Source: Prorocentrum cordatum
Taxonomy: Eukaryota
Direction: 5' to 3'
DNA: 64,000 nucleotides
Assembly: GCA_963575745.1 (NCBI GenBank)
Contig: CAUYUJ010000060.1
Coordinates: forward strand, 1 to 64,000
Shown: piece after piece, positions 26,076 to 38,398 of the stretch
How the letters are laid out: each line of letters starts with the position of its first letter
Numbering within the stretch: the stretch's first letter is position 1
Made by a program: the position numbers and the translations under genes
Notes under the pieces: generated by a model
What the model was told of the DNA's origin: nothing
The model's input: only the letters and a program-made list of their open reading frames with translations
Database searches by the model: none

Positions 26076-27529
26076 CCCCCCCCCCTAGCACACGACGACG
26101 AGGTAACCCCTACACACAAGCCCCTAACACTGACAGCCAGACTCGAGAACACATTAACTCGGAGCGCGCCTGAAAGTGAAGCTTCAGCGCCTTGAGCTTC
26201 TGGGGGCAGGCGGGGCTGGAGCGACCACCCTGACGCTATGCAGGGCGCGAATATCCGACGCGTTGCAGAAATTAGAGGCGACGCTGCGAGCAGGCTCGAA
26301 AGGAGGGGGCACCCTTCGAAAAAAAGGTACCCACACGGCCAATCCGCCCTTCTGAGAGGGCCACAACAGCACCGGCACCCGCGGTGCCTGACCGATCCAA
26401 GCGCCGATGGTCGGGACCTTTAAAACGGATGCCAAAATCCCCAGGAAGGATACTCGAGCCCCAGGAAAGGCAGGGCGGGGGCCGAAACTATGACCAAGGG
26501 AAGACATGCAGGTGCACATTGGGATAGGAGGCGGCATTCCTCGGATTTAAGGAGGCAATGCAAAAGTGCGTTAAAAAACGCGTATGGTCACAAACCCCTA
26601 ACACTAGAGCCAGACTTGAGTGCGCATTAACTCGGAGCGCGCCTGAGAATAAAGCTTTAGTGCCTTAAGCTTCTGGGAGCAGGCGGGGATAGAGCGACGA
26701 CCCTGAAACTATACAAAACGTGAATATCCGACGCAGCGCAGAAACTAGAGACGATGCTGCGAGCAGGCTCGAGAGGAGGGGGCACCCTCTGAACAGGTAC
26801 TCGCACGGCCAATCCGCCCTTCTGAGAGGGCCGCAACAGCACCAGCACCCGTGGTGCCTGACCGATCCAAGCGCTGATGATCGGGACCTCTAAAACGGAT
26901 GCCGAAATCCAGTCCCGACCCTTCTTGACTGGCACGCGTGCCTCTGGCAGCCCTGAAAGGGAGCGGCGCGCGCGCGGGGAGGGATGGGGAGAATATGGCG
27001 TCGCTCTACAACCGTGTTTAAAAACACCTGCTTTATCCCTGATATATCGCTCACCGAGGGAAACGCCAGGAGGACAGGAGAGCGCTCGCGCCCTGCCGAC
27101 GAGGTTCCAGCGGAATACAGCTCGGAGATGGTCCGCCGGGGTGCCGCCTCGCTTACCACGGGGGGCGGGGATCGTGAATTGCTGTCGCAGAGCCCCCCAA
27201 ACGGACAAAGAGGGAACATGATGCTCATGTGTATATATGTAACTATAAATATGCGTTTAGATAGCGGCGCCTTGCCCTCGGGTGCCCTGCTGTGGATGGC
27301 CTGCCTGCAGGCTCTGCCCCGCCGTCGGCCATGCTGGCAATCGCCGGCAGTTCGACGGCATCGTGCGTGACTGAATCCAGTCTGCTGGTCAGCTCCTTTG
27401 CCAGCGGTGCGTCACGCACGCCCGAGCAACGGACAGCTTGGCAAATATGACAAGCTGCCCTCTTCCAACAGGCCCCCCCCCCCCCCCCCCCCCCACCCAC
27501 CCACCCACCCCCACCCCAACCTCAAACTG

Positions 27530-28050
27530 CGCGACAGTCAGGCGGCTGCGCTGCTCAATCAGCACATGCACCTTCGTATACCGCTGAAGCGCTGACGCGG
27601 TTTGCCAGCGCCCCTTTCGGCGAGCCGCCTCTAGGGACCCTCCAGCTGCTATGGGGCTGCCGCCCCAGCATGCCTCAGATCATGAGGTGGCCCAGAATTG
27701 GCCAGCCCTGCCCCGTCGAAAGCAATGCGAGTCCTGAGAAATTGGAAACAACTGGCAGCCTGTTGCGATGGTCCCCGAAGACGTGCATGAAACCATTGAA
27801 CAGGGCGGAGGCACTGCCAAACGGAAGCTGCATGACGCAGAGCATGTCCGAGATGTATCCTGCCAAGGCGAGGCCCCGCTGCTCGTGCGTCGCGAAGGGC
27901 AGCCCGCGCCTCTCGACGTCCACCAGGAAGGCCCGCACCTCCTTCTCGTAGATAGCGTTCGTTGCATCGTCGACGGCACGGACCACGAGCCTCAAGTTGT
28001 GCTCCAAATGCGAGGGCCCACGTAGTCCCTGTCGTTCTCGTCCTTGAAGC
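27530..28050 (-). pseudogene. Tyrosine recombinase with an internal deletion
   Basis: The N-terminal part (AVDDATNAIYEKEVRAF...LAGYISDM) is joined almost directly to the catalytic box PHDLRHAGA (~27660-27690) and RRKGRWQTASALQRYTKVH (~27565-27625). Confidence 0.82.
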
Positions 28051-28124
28051 CTTTGAAGTAGCTCTCGGGGCACCCCTCGTCCGACGCGCCCTGCGACCGC
28101 GTCGTCCGCAGCCCCGATCCCCGA

Positions 28125-29430
28125 GCCCCTCGATGGCCCATCGGCCAGGTTCAACTCGACGGGCAACCACCTGCAGTAGCCGCGGAACCTGCAAACCATC
28201 TGGATGATCCCCGCGACGCGCGCCTGGTGGAGCAGGCCCCCGGCCGACGATCGGCCCTTTCTATGGACACCCAAACTCACCAGGGAATCCGTGAAGAACA
28301 GGACTCGGTGTCCCCAACTCTGCGACGTACGGCTGAGATGTCTTTGTACGGCCACGACGTTGCGCAGCTCCAAAACGTTGTTGTGCTCCTGATTGGACCA
28401 CCTCCCCTGGAAGAGCAGGTGCCACTTCTTCTCCACCCAGTGACCCAGCAAGGGCATCCCTGGACCTGTCGCTCGCACAACTCGCTCTCGATCTCCGTGG
28501 AGCTTCACTCTCGCGCCGCGGGGCACTGACTCCCAGCGCGGTTCCAGTTCCTGCAAGATAGAGGCGCGCGCCTCGCAAAGCTCCAACGAATAAACACACG
28601 CCAACTGCGCCCACCTCATACCACAAAGAAATCGCCCATTCAAATCGCGGCGCGGTCGCCCAGTCCGGCTGCGTCGCCAGAACGCACACTCGCACTTCAG
28701 CTCTAGCTCCATTATCATCTGCACGTTCCTGATGAGGGTGGTCGGCTTCTTCCACTCCTCTCCACGCACGCAATAGTCCACCTACACGCGGCACGCGCCG
28801 TCCGACTTCGCGAGGGCCTCCAGCGGCGGGAAGTCCCAGATCAAACTGCCCCTGGGGTTCTCCAGAGCGAACCAACCCCAGCCGCATGCAAATCTCGACA
28901 ACCTCCACGGCCACCATCGCCAACGCGTTGCCCTCGTCGATCTGGTCTTGGCCTCGCTTGCTCAGGCCGCGCAGTGCCCACATATGATCGGCCGATCTGA
29001 CCGGGGGCCACCGTGCCCTCGAGAACGCGGCACAAGGCGGGGCCAGATGTACCCACCAATACCAGCGCGCCCGCAGCCTCCGCAAGAGCAGCTCCAAGTT
29101 CGCGGCCACCAGCATGACGAACTCCAAGCCCTTCTCCACGCCCCAGGCCCCCTCCCCAGGACTGCGCCAACGCCCCGACGGCCCCGCAGTCGCGAGCTTC
29201 CCAAGTGCGACACCAGCGCGCCTGGACGGCCCGTGGCAGGCGATCCCCGCAAGTCCTCCTCTTCGCCAGCCGCCCCCAGTTCCCGCTCTATCTCCGTGTA
29301 GGTCATCTCCACCTCTGGCCCCCAAGAGCCGCCATCTCCACGCGCGACCACCCGGCGTGAATACTCCTCCGGGCAGTCGCAGGCCAGGGCCCCATACCCA
29401 TCGTTGGACGCATCCGTCGCGTAGACCCTC
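28125..29430 (-). pseudogene. RNase H split by an inserted C5 cytosine-methyltransferase-like domain
   Basis: The first RNase H motif is VYATDASNDGYG (~29395-29425). MTase-like motifs follow: WVHLAPPCAAFSRAR (~29010-29055), LENPRGSLIW (~28835-28865) and DYC...KKPT. The remaining RNase H motifs come after: EHNNVLE, FFTDSLV, KGRSS, WLPVELNLADGPSR (28125-28430). Confidence 0.8.
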
Positions 29431-29449
29431 GACCGTCGCTTCACCCCCA

Positions 29450-31060
29450 AGTCCGACCCCCAAGTCCGACGCCATGCTATCAGCTCGCTCGTCGCTTCCT
29501 CTGGTAGCCGCCGTGGCACTGCGCCCTCCTCCTCGTCGCACTCCCTAAACCACTTGTAGGTCGCGTCCAGTTTAACACAGGACGGGCTGAACACCATCAT
29601 AATCCACGTCCAATGCCCCGCCAGCGATGCCACCGCTGCGGGCCGAAGGTGAGACCCCTGGACTGCCGCCTTCGTCGCCGGAACCAGCTGCTCCAACTTC
29701 GCCGGCTGAACTGTCGATGCGCATGGTCGGCCAGACCCGATGTAAAGGCCCAGCCCGACCGACGTGCCCTCGCCCCAGGCCCCCTTATGCACCGCGAGCC
29801 CTTGTCGTTCAAGAGTTTCCTGGCCATCTCCTTGGCGACCAGCATCGCGGCCTCCCCGTCCTCCCCCACCAGGCTGAACCCTGTGTTGTCGTCGACTTAC
29901 AGCATCAGAATGAAATGGGCCGACTCCTGGCCCGCGAGGCCGAACGCGGGGGCGGACTTGTCGCAGGTCAGGTTCGGGGCACTCAAGGAGTTGAAGCTCG
30001 CCTCCAAGCAGCTGCGGGCCAGGAAGACGGCCCGCGCAGACCCCGCGACAAGACTCACGGCACCAATCCCGACATCCTTCTCCAGCGGCTGCGTCTTCAG
30101 CCCCACCCCCTGCCCCAGGCCGAAGCGGCGCAGCTCCTGCGGCGAAACGCCCCCCACTACAAGGAACTCCGCCAGCTCCGAGCCCCCGTGCAAGCGACAG
30201 AACCAGCCTGGAAGGAGAAGAGCCGCCGTCCACGCAGCGCCGCCTCGCCCAGCCCCGGCAGGGCCAGGCCTGCGGGGCCCCCCAAAGAGACCCACGGGAG
30301 ATCCACGAAGAGTAGCTTGACCTTCGGACAACCCCAGATCAGGCGAGATTTCACGACAAAGCGAATCGTGAGTCGAAGTCCTTGGCCACCGTGAACAGCC
30401 CTACACATTCTCGAACACCCCTCGGATACGCGATCACGCCTGCCTGGGCCATGCGCAGGGCAAGTCCTAGAGGTTCCTTCTTGTTCTCCAGCGCGGGGTC
30501 CGAACAGCTCTTCGTCTTCTCGGACTGGTCCCAGTCCACCTCACCCGTGGCCTCGATCATGAGCTGGCTGGCCTCCGTTTGGCATCGCCCCGCAAAACCC
30601 GAGATCTCCTGGACCTTCAGACTTCTCGCCCCCGGCGATGGCAACGACACCAGCTCCGCCTTCAGGGGGCGCCAGGCGACTCAGAGCCGCCCTGCCGTCG
30701 TCGATGGCCCCCCACCTCGCCCTTGCCGCACGGAGGCCCCAGGCCCAGGCTGACGTGACCAGTCGCTTCTGCAGCGGCGTACTCCTCCCCCCCTCGTCCT
30801 GGCTCTGGCCGGCCCGACTCAGGCCCCGCGCTCGGATCCGCTCATTCGAACAGCCCGTCGCCATGCTCCGCATCGCCGCTATCGTCCTCGAAGTACGCCC
30901 CCACGTCACTCTCAGCTCCGCTTCCGAAAACCCCGAACTCGACCGCCCCGTGCTCATGGGGGGGGGGCAAGCTAGACTCCTCGGGGGATCTCGCTCCCGC
31001 GGCTCGCAGCTCTTCTCCACAGTAGCCATCGGGAACCACCCGGCGACCTGCGCCGCGACG
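29450..31060 (-). pseudogene. Reverse transcriptase of the YR retrotransposon
   Basis: SDPAL, VGLFTVAKD, RLIW, WFCRL and ILML*VDDN (YVDD with Tyr codon mutated to stop, ~29885-29900). Confidence 0.85.
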
Positions 31061-31305
31061 CACGGGAAAGCCCACCGGCCAGAACGGAGCGCAGGTCCGC
31101 AAGTACAAGGAGGACACCCACTCCAAGTTGCCACTGTGGAGAACCCAACGGGCGATCGCCAGGACGCTCACCAGCCCAACGCAGCACCGCCACCCACCGG
31201 AGGATCCAGGCAGGAAGCTCGACCCAGATGCAGCTCGCCGCCGCGGCCGTGGTAAAGGCCCCCCAGGCCTTGACCAGAGCTCACCACGATCGCTCCGGCC
31301 GCAAC

Positions 31306-33165
31306 CTATTCATCATCCCCAGCAGGCTGACGCGAACGCACCTCGCCCAAGCGCTGGCTCAAGATCGCCCGCCGCTTGAGCTTTTCCAAAACCTCGTCGT
31401 CGGCCTCGCGGTTCTCGCTGTTCGGGTCGCCGTCCAAGTGCAGGTACTCCTCGGCCAGCGCCCAGTCGACCTTCGACCTCCACTTGCCGCCATGTTGACT
31501 CATGGGGCGCTGCCAGTCCGCCTTGCACTGCAACCGCTCGTAGGCCTTCCGGATGGAATATAGCCTCTGGCACGTCAGCTCCGCGGCCTGGGAGTTTATC
31601 AGCTCGTCGCACTGCCTCCGGCTCATCACGCGGCCCAGCACCATCGCCAGCGCGTTGATATCTTGGGCGACGCCCGCGCCCTGCAGCTCCTTGCTACGTA
31701 GCCACTCCTGCGTCTCGACGCGGTCGCCGCGCCCCCCCTGTAGAGCTTCGCCAGCACCGTCGGGGCCGCGCGCGCCTTAATGCCGCCCGCTGGAGCCCCC
31801 ATCCGTGGACCGATACCACCGCAGGGTCGTCAGCAAGCTATCCTTGGGGTTGGCCGCCTCCTCCTTCAGCTGGATGATATGGTCCTTCATCGGGTCCCCA
31901 AGCTCTGCCAGGTCCCCGACCTTGCCCCACGAGCCCGCGCTCGAGCTCGCAGGCGGCCCCGCCAAAGCCTGGGTTGACAGCCCCGCGCCCCTCCTGACCA
32001 CGTCCTCGTGCACCGTCAGCGTCTGAATGAAGCTGTCCACGTCGGCCATCGTCGGCTCGTCAGGGCGAGGCCCAGGCGGGGGCCCCGCTGGAGGCGGCAG
32101 GGGGGGCGCTGTCCCCGAACCCCCGTCACCGCTTCCGCTACCACCATCACCCATGGTTCCGCCCCCTCCACCGATCTTGGACTTCAGCTCCCCGACAGCG
32201 ACTGCCCGCGTGCAAGCTCCGCGAACAAAATCTTGATGTCCGTCTCGTCATCGCTCTCGCTGAGGTCGGCACCGTCATAGGTGCTGACTGTGTCCGAGTC
32301 GCCGTTGCTCTCGCTGTCCTCGTCGCTGGCGGGCCCGCTCCCCATGTGCGTCCACAACCCGAAGATCATGATCATACCCCCGCCGACGCACACGAGGAAC
32401 ATCTCGAGGTCCCCGCTGCTGTAGAGCTCGTGTAGGAACTCGCGGAAGTGATCGAAATCCTCCACCACTTGCAGCGCGGCCACCGAGGCGTGGCACGTGG
32501 TTGAGAGGAGGGGCCCCAGCTGGAAGAAACGCCAGATACGCCACAGCACAAAGCCACCCGCCGCGAAGCTTCCCCACGTGCGGTGACTCCACATCATGAA
32601 GATCGCCGAGATCAGGCCCTTCCCCATCCACATGGCGACCTTAGTGCGGCTGCTGGGCTTCTTCTTGCCTTTGGCCTCCGCCTTGACTCAGGCGGCCTCC
32701 GCTTGCCCGAGCTCGTGGCGAACGATCAGCCTCTCGGCCGCGATCACTGCCTGCTCACGCTGCTTCTCCGTCAACCCTGGGTGCTCCGTCCACGTCACCC
32801 CGCGCTTCGGGCGGGTCAGCATGCGAGCCTTATCCTTCAGGTTGATGATCACCGCCCGCTGCGATGGGGCCACCGCCGTCCAAACCTGGCTGTTGGCGGC
32901 GCCCACACGGGTGACCAGGAGCATCGCCACCCCCGTCGCGCGGCCCTGGGTCTGGACGCACACTCGATTCCACCTCGCCCAGGGCGCCATGAAACCCGCA
33001 GGCAGGCCGCGCCACGGCTCGCCGTCCACCTCCGACAGGTGTTCGACTGGCTCCCCGGCCTCCGACGCCAGGCCCACACCCAACAGCTCGGAGACACCGT
33101 CCAGCTCGGAGAGCACGAGCGCCCCCACGAGAGCCCACCCGAGGCGCCCGATCGCTGGCGCCGTG
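31306..33165 (-). pseudogene. ORF1 (gag-like) of the YR retrotransposon, with hydrophobic segments; interrupted by stops/frameshift
   Basis: Pieces 32688-33165, 32184-32633, 31777-32154 and 31306-31644 have GC3-rich codons and read as one protein ending ...AELTCQRLYSIRKAYE...VDWALAEEY...LSQRLGEVR. The start is uncertain. Confidence 0.65.
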
Positions 33166-33357
33166 GTGGGAAAGCCGAGCCCCCTGGGTTCGAAACAGGG
33201 CCGGCAGGCTCCCAGGGGCTCCAGGCGAGGGCCCTGCCCCGCGCTCCTTCGAGCCGAATTGATGTCCAAGGAAAGACATGCAAGTGGCACATTGGGATAA
33301 GAGGCGGCTTCCTTAGGATGTAGGGGGACAGTGCAAAAGTGTTTAACAACGTGTAGC

Positions 33358-34530
33358 CTGAAGCGCTGGCCCGTAGGATGAGAGCGGCGCCCTTCAACGC
33401 CCAGTCCACCGGGCCACAGGCCGAGGCTCCAGAGCGCCACCCACGCAGCCGCGAACTCACCCGCGACCCGCCCCTCCCGGGGGCGCATCGCGATCGCCTC
33501 CACCTCCGCGGCCACGGCCACGGCCGCGACCGCGTCCTCGGCCCGTCGTCGCGACCGTCGTCGTCCCCGCGCTTGCTCGTCTCCTCCCAATACAAGAGCC
33601 CCTGCTTGGGAATGTCCGCCCGATCCTTCGGGCGTTTCGAAATCTGCTCACGGAAGCCCTCCATGCGGGCCGCGCCCTTCGCTGTCGTGACCCCACCCTC
33701 GACGGTGTCCAGACCGCTGCGATCTGGGTGCCGAGGATTGCGCTCCACTGCCAACTCCAGACTCACCAGACGTCGTACCGCTTGCTCCACGCACGACAAT
33801 TTAGTCAAGCCGACCTGGTCCGAACTGACGGCCAGCTTGAGCAAATCACACACAGCCCGATGTTCGTGAGCATGCGATCCTCCCCCAGGCACACCATTGA
33901 GACGGATCCACTCGGCATGATGCTATGGGGTAGACTTTGCAGCTCCATCTCGAAACTGCTCTAGAACCTGTGCCGCGGCCCCCGGACCGTCGACCCCCAC
34001 AGCTTCTGCCCGGCTGCGTCGCGTCGACGGCCACCCTGAATTGAGCAGGGACCGACCGTCCCGGCATTCCTATAGTCCTACCACGAAACGTTCTTAGAAC
34101 CCAAAAATGTTCGAATAACAAAAACAGTGTTCTTAGAACAACAACCCGACGTGAGAAAACAAGACAATATCAACCAGAAATGTTCTAAGAACATTTCGTG
34201 GAAACCACAAAAGGTTCTTAGAACATTGTTTCGGTAGGGCTATAGGCGAGCCAGAACTCCTCGTCGTCGGAGCCTCGGCCCCGCAGCCGGGCGGGGTTTA
34301 AGACTCGACGATCGTTGGCACCGATCGCCGCCACGTGCTTGGCATGCTCCACCTTGTGCCTGTCCACCACAGGGGCAACGTACCTTTCTTCGCGTCCAAG
34401 ATCGCCACCCTCTCCTCATCGTCCACAAGACCCTGGCCCACAAGGCTCCCGAACCTCGTGCCGTTCTGGTCACTCACGATCCACACCCAGGCATCGCTGG
34501 CGCCCACGATTTCCGCCACCAGGATATGAG
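33358..34530 (-). pseudogene. gag-like ORF and start of pol of a third YR retrotransposon, truncated at the A1 end of the complete element and interrupted by a MITE
   Basis: VWIVSD..., HHAEWIRLNGV...HEHRAVCDLLKLAVSSDQV...VEQAVRRLVSLELAVERNPRHPD, a GRGRGRG tail, then ...LILRASASGY cut at 33358. Confidence 0.7.
34069..34246. mobile_element. 178-bp AT-rich MITE-like insertion
   Basis: Terminal inverted repeats CCTATAGTCCTACC / GGTAGGGCTATAGG (13/14), with four internal GTTCT(T/A)AGAAC palindromes. It interrupts the gag-like ORF. No TSD seen. Confidence 0.75.
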
Positions 34531-36074
34531 CTCGCTGCTGAGCCTCTCTCTGCTAGTCTGCCAGCTCTTACACATCGGTCGGAAGAAGTACTTAGAAACA
34601 TGAAGTGGGAATGCGTTGAAGAAAGATTGGGTTCAGCCCGCCCCCCAAAGGAGGACGGGAAAGGTGAATCCGCTCGATCATTGAAGTAGGAAGGCGCTTA
34701 AACTAGATTGCAATCTGGGAATCCAGACATACATACTTTCAACCACCGATGGCAGAGTCGACGGGATCGAACATGTAGGACTCTGCAGCCTGGTCCGCAG
34801 GGAGTGCAATGCATGTTTTGCATGCTGAAAGCATGTGCTTAACATTTTCTAGGCATCTGGAAATTGTTTGGCAACACACCTGCTCTCAATTGATCGGATT
34901 CCACAAGTGTATTGCCGCATCGTTGATGCATCCTGGATTTACTTTGGTCCCCACTCCGTCCTCCATCCCCCGTCCTCCCCACTCCCTCCCCCTCCTCAGC
35001 TCTACCCTGTTCCTCCCCCTCCCTGAGATCCGACGCTGGGGAAAGCAAGTAGAAATCAAAAAAACATGCCCACTAGTTCTGCTGCAATTCTTCAAGCTAG
35101 ATCTATCTGTGGTGGACCCTGCGCCCGAAGGGGAAAACGTGAGCAGTGTTCTTTGACTTGCAACGCCCAGGTCTCAGGGCTTCAGTCTTCCTCCTCCCTC
35201 ACCCTCCTCTCAGGAGAGGGAGGAAGAGGAGGGGGGGGAGGAAAAAGAGGGGGAAGAGGGAAGGAGAAGCATGAAACCGGAGATATGAAGGACAGCGGGC
35301 GTGGCGACACCGACAGCAAGACTTGCCCAACATGGTCTGGGACTGCTGCTGGTCGTCCCCGAGATCTCCAGCCCCATCTCGATCCTCCCTCTTCGCCTTC
35401 TCCGTCGTCCCACTCGCATTCTCCCACTCCCTCGCACACTTACACACTACGACTACACCCTACACTCCTCTCTTCCCTTACCCTGTCTGCAAGATGTCAA
35501 ACTTTCTCCTCGTACAACTTTTACACTTGATTTCAAAGATATCTTTCCGTGTGGATTTGTACAATCCGACTGCTTTCGGTGCTACACAATGGCATGGTGT
35601 TCCCGCTGCAGCGCTCTCGCCCCAGCGCGGGGTACTTTTCTGCATCCGAGTCCTTTTTCATCGTCGCTCCCCTTCGCTTCCCTCCTCCGCCTTCCCCTGT
35701 TACTACTGCTCCTCCCGCTCCTTCCACTCCAGTTCCCGCTGGTGCTGGTCATCCTCGTCCTCCTCCTTCCTCCTCCTTTTCCTCCTGCTCATCCTCCTGC
35801 TCATCCGCCATCTCTCCCCCTATTTCTCTCCTTCTCTTATGTACACAGCTCCCCTTTCCGATTGCGTAGAACACGACGAGATATTCTTGCGAGTTCCAGG
35901 CCCGCTATGACGCGCGTCCGCGGATAGAAAAAACATCAGCGCCGATGAGAAGGGATGGGTGGGAGGGGCAAGATGTCAGATATGGCGCGAGCGCACCTGG
36001 CTTGCCCCTCCCCCCTCTCGCCCTCCCCCCATACAGCGAAGGCCAGTCCCCAAGGACCCTTCCGCAGGAAACAC

Positions 36075-36225
36075 GACCCTGAGACCCCCGGACGCTCGAC
36101 GTCCCTTGCTTGTGGTGTGGGAACGCCGCGCCTTCCATGTCCACAGCAAGATCATCGAAACCCAAGAAATCCAGGGCGCCCTGGAGGCAAGCAGGGTGTG
36201 TCTTGGGCAGGGGTCTCCACTGCAC
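36075..36225 (+). repeat. Dispersed repeat family; copies at ~41220-41355 and ~54003-54110
   Basis: Shared CCCTGAGACCCC...GAAACCCAAGAA..CCAGGGC.CCCTGGAGGC. Confidence 0.8.
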
Positions 36226-37997
36226 CCCCTCCTCCCGGCTCCCTCGCCTCCCCCGCCTCCCCTCGGCCCGCGGGCCCCTCGGGGTGGCGGCGACCGCGGC
36301 GGGGCATCAGGCGTACTTTGACGGCCCAAGCGGCAGTCCCTCCATCTCCTTCCTGCTCCCCCCCCCCTCCTCCCCATCTTCCCTCTCCCCTCTGGCACCC
36401 GACGTTGCGAAGCATGGGAAACAGCGCAAGCAATCACGACAGGAGCCCTACGCCCAGTCTGTGTGCGGCTCTGTTCGAGCTGGGTCCATGCGTTGCAGCC
36501 CTGCCGCCCAAAAATCGGGAGAAAAGAACTGGTACGAAACATGTGCAACGCCCGGAGCTCAGGGCTTCCTCTCTCCTCCTGCCTCGGAGAAACTGGAATG
36601 TGCGCGGACTGGGTACAGCCTGTCGCTGGCGAAGCACGCTCATAGAGGCCTCCTAGATGGGGTCCGAGTAGATGGGGTCGAAGGATCGTGCCGCATCGCC
36701 AATGCATTGCTGATGCATCGGCGATGCATCGGCAACGCCGGCGCGGGGAAACACGGGCTCCACATCGAGCCGCATCGCCGATGCATCGGCGATGCGGCGG
36801 AATTCTCCGACCCCACATACTCTTAGGTCGGGCATTTCCCCCTACAGGGGGATGTTGGACGAAAAATAAAAAATAGCAGAAATAACAAAATGCTCAACAA
36901 TACTCAACAAATAGCCCCCAGACTATTATTTGGCTATCTTTGAATGTTCCTCCTGCAGAGGGACAGGACTGACTGAAACCTACTCGGACCCCATCCAGCC
37001 ATCCAGGAGGCCTAAAGCTCATGGATGAAGCAACTGCACACCCCAGGCTGGGTTCCCAGACATGCGACGCCCTGATTTTTTCAGGACGGCGAGGGGCCCC
37101 CGGGGCCAAAAACAGCCAAAAACCTCCCGTCCTAATTTTTTTACGACGCGATCATGGCTGGGTTGGCGGGCGGCGCTCCCGGCTGCAGCGCTGGAGCGAA
37201 CGCTCGGGAGAAGTGGCCCCCCAGGCGTTGGGCCCGGCAGGTGCAGGACCGGACGGGCACGGGGCCCGCGGGCGACCACTGCCACGGTGGGCTGAGCAGT
37301 TCCCGCGGAGCCCTTAAGGCACGGAGGAGGAGGAGGAGGAGGGGGAGGAGGAGGAGGAGGAGGAGGAGGAGGAGGAGGAGGAGGAGGAGGAGGAGGAGGA
37401 GGAGGAGGAGGAGGAGGAGGAGGGGGAGGAGGGAGGAGGGAGGAGGGAGGAGGAGGAGGAGGAGGAGGAGGAGGAGGAGGAGGAGGAGGAGGAGGAGGAG
37501 CGTACGGGCGGTGGCGCGCCCAGCGGCTCGGCCAAGAAAAGAAGAGGAGGAGCGCTCCGTTCCGTGAATCCTGTCCATTCTCTCCTCTGGGGGCTCGGGG
37601 CTGGACCTTCCTTTCGCTGGGGAGGGTGGCAGTAGCTGCCAGGTGTACCCCACTTGGCTCTCGGGGGCGGGAGCCTCTAGCCAGACGGCGCGCAGACTGC
37701 TGCGGTGCCGAGTCTGGCCCCCCCCAATGCCCTTCGTCCCCGTTCCCTTCCATTCCGCTCGCCCTGGCTCCTCCCTCCTCCCCCCCCCCTCCCTCCCAGA
37801 AAATGGCTCGCGCCCGTCCCTCCTCCCCCCTCCCCTCCTGCTCCTTCCTCTCCTCCTCCCTCCTCCCAGAGGAGGAGGAGGAGGAGGAGGAGGAGGAGGA
37901 GGAGGAGGAGGAGGACTCCCCAAAACCTCCCCGAAGGACTCGCAAGCCGACCCTCCGACATGGAACCGCCAGCGAGGCGGCGCTCTCGCGGCCGCTC

Positions 37998-38053
37998 CGC
38001 GGCTCCACGAAGGCACGCAGCGCCCGGCAGGCGCCGCCGACGACCTTGTACTC
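37998..38053 (-). CDS. Exon EYKVVGGACRALRAFVEP(R), ARM-like
   Basis: CAG|G acceptor, G|GA donor, GC3-rich codons and an ACxAL helical-repeat-like motif. Confidence 0.6.
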
Positions 38054-38071
38054 CTGGGCGCCACGGGGGGG

Positions 38072-38116
38072 CGACGACGACGACGACGCCGACGCCGTCG
38101 ACGACCACGACAACGA

Positions 38117-38167
<51 letters not shown>

Positions 38168-38232
38168 CAACGAGTACGACGACGACGACAACGACTACGA
38201 CCACGCCGAGGACGACGACGACGACGACGACG

Positions 38233-38264
<32 letters not shown>

Positions 38265-38364
38265 AAGAGGATGGACACGACGAGGAAGACGTCGAGGACG
38301 AAGGAAACGACGACGACGATGACGAGGAAGACGACGAGGACGACAAGGGCGGCGAAGACGACGC

Positions 38365-38398
<34 letters not shown>

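Larger units (their letters stand above)
26116..33357 (-). mobile_element. Complete but degenerate tyrosine-recombinase retrotransposon (DIRS order, Ngaro/PAT-type split direct repeats) carrying a C5-DNA methyltransferase-like domain
   Basis: Repeat A lies at 33253-33357 and 26481-26586. Repeat B (~325 bp) lies at 26590-26910 and 26116-26440. This gives A1-ORFs-B1-A2-B2 on the minus strand. Internal gag-like, RT, RNase H, MTase and YR motifs are present. Confidence 0.88.
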
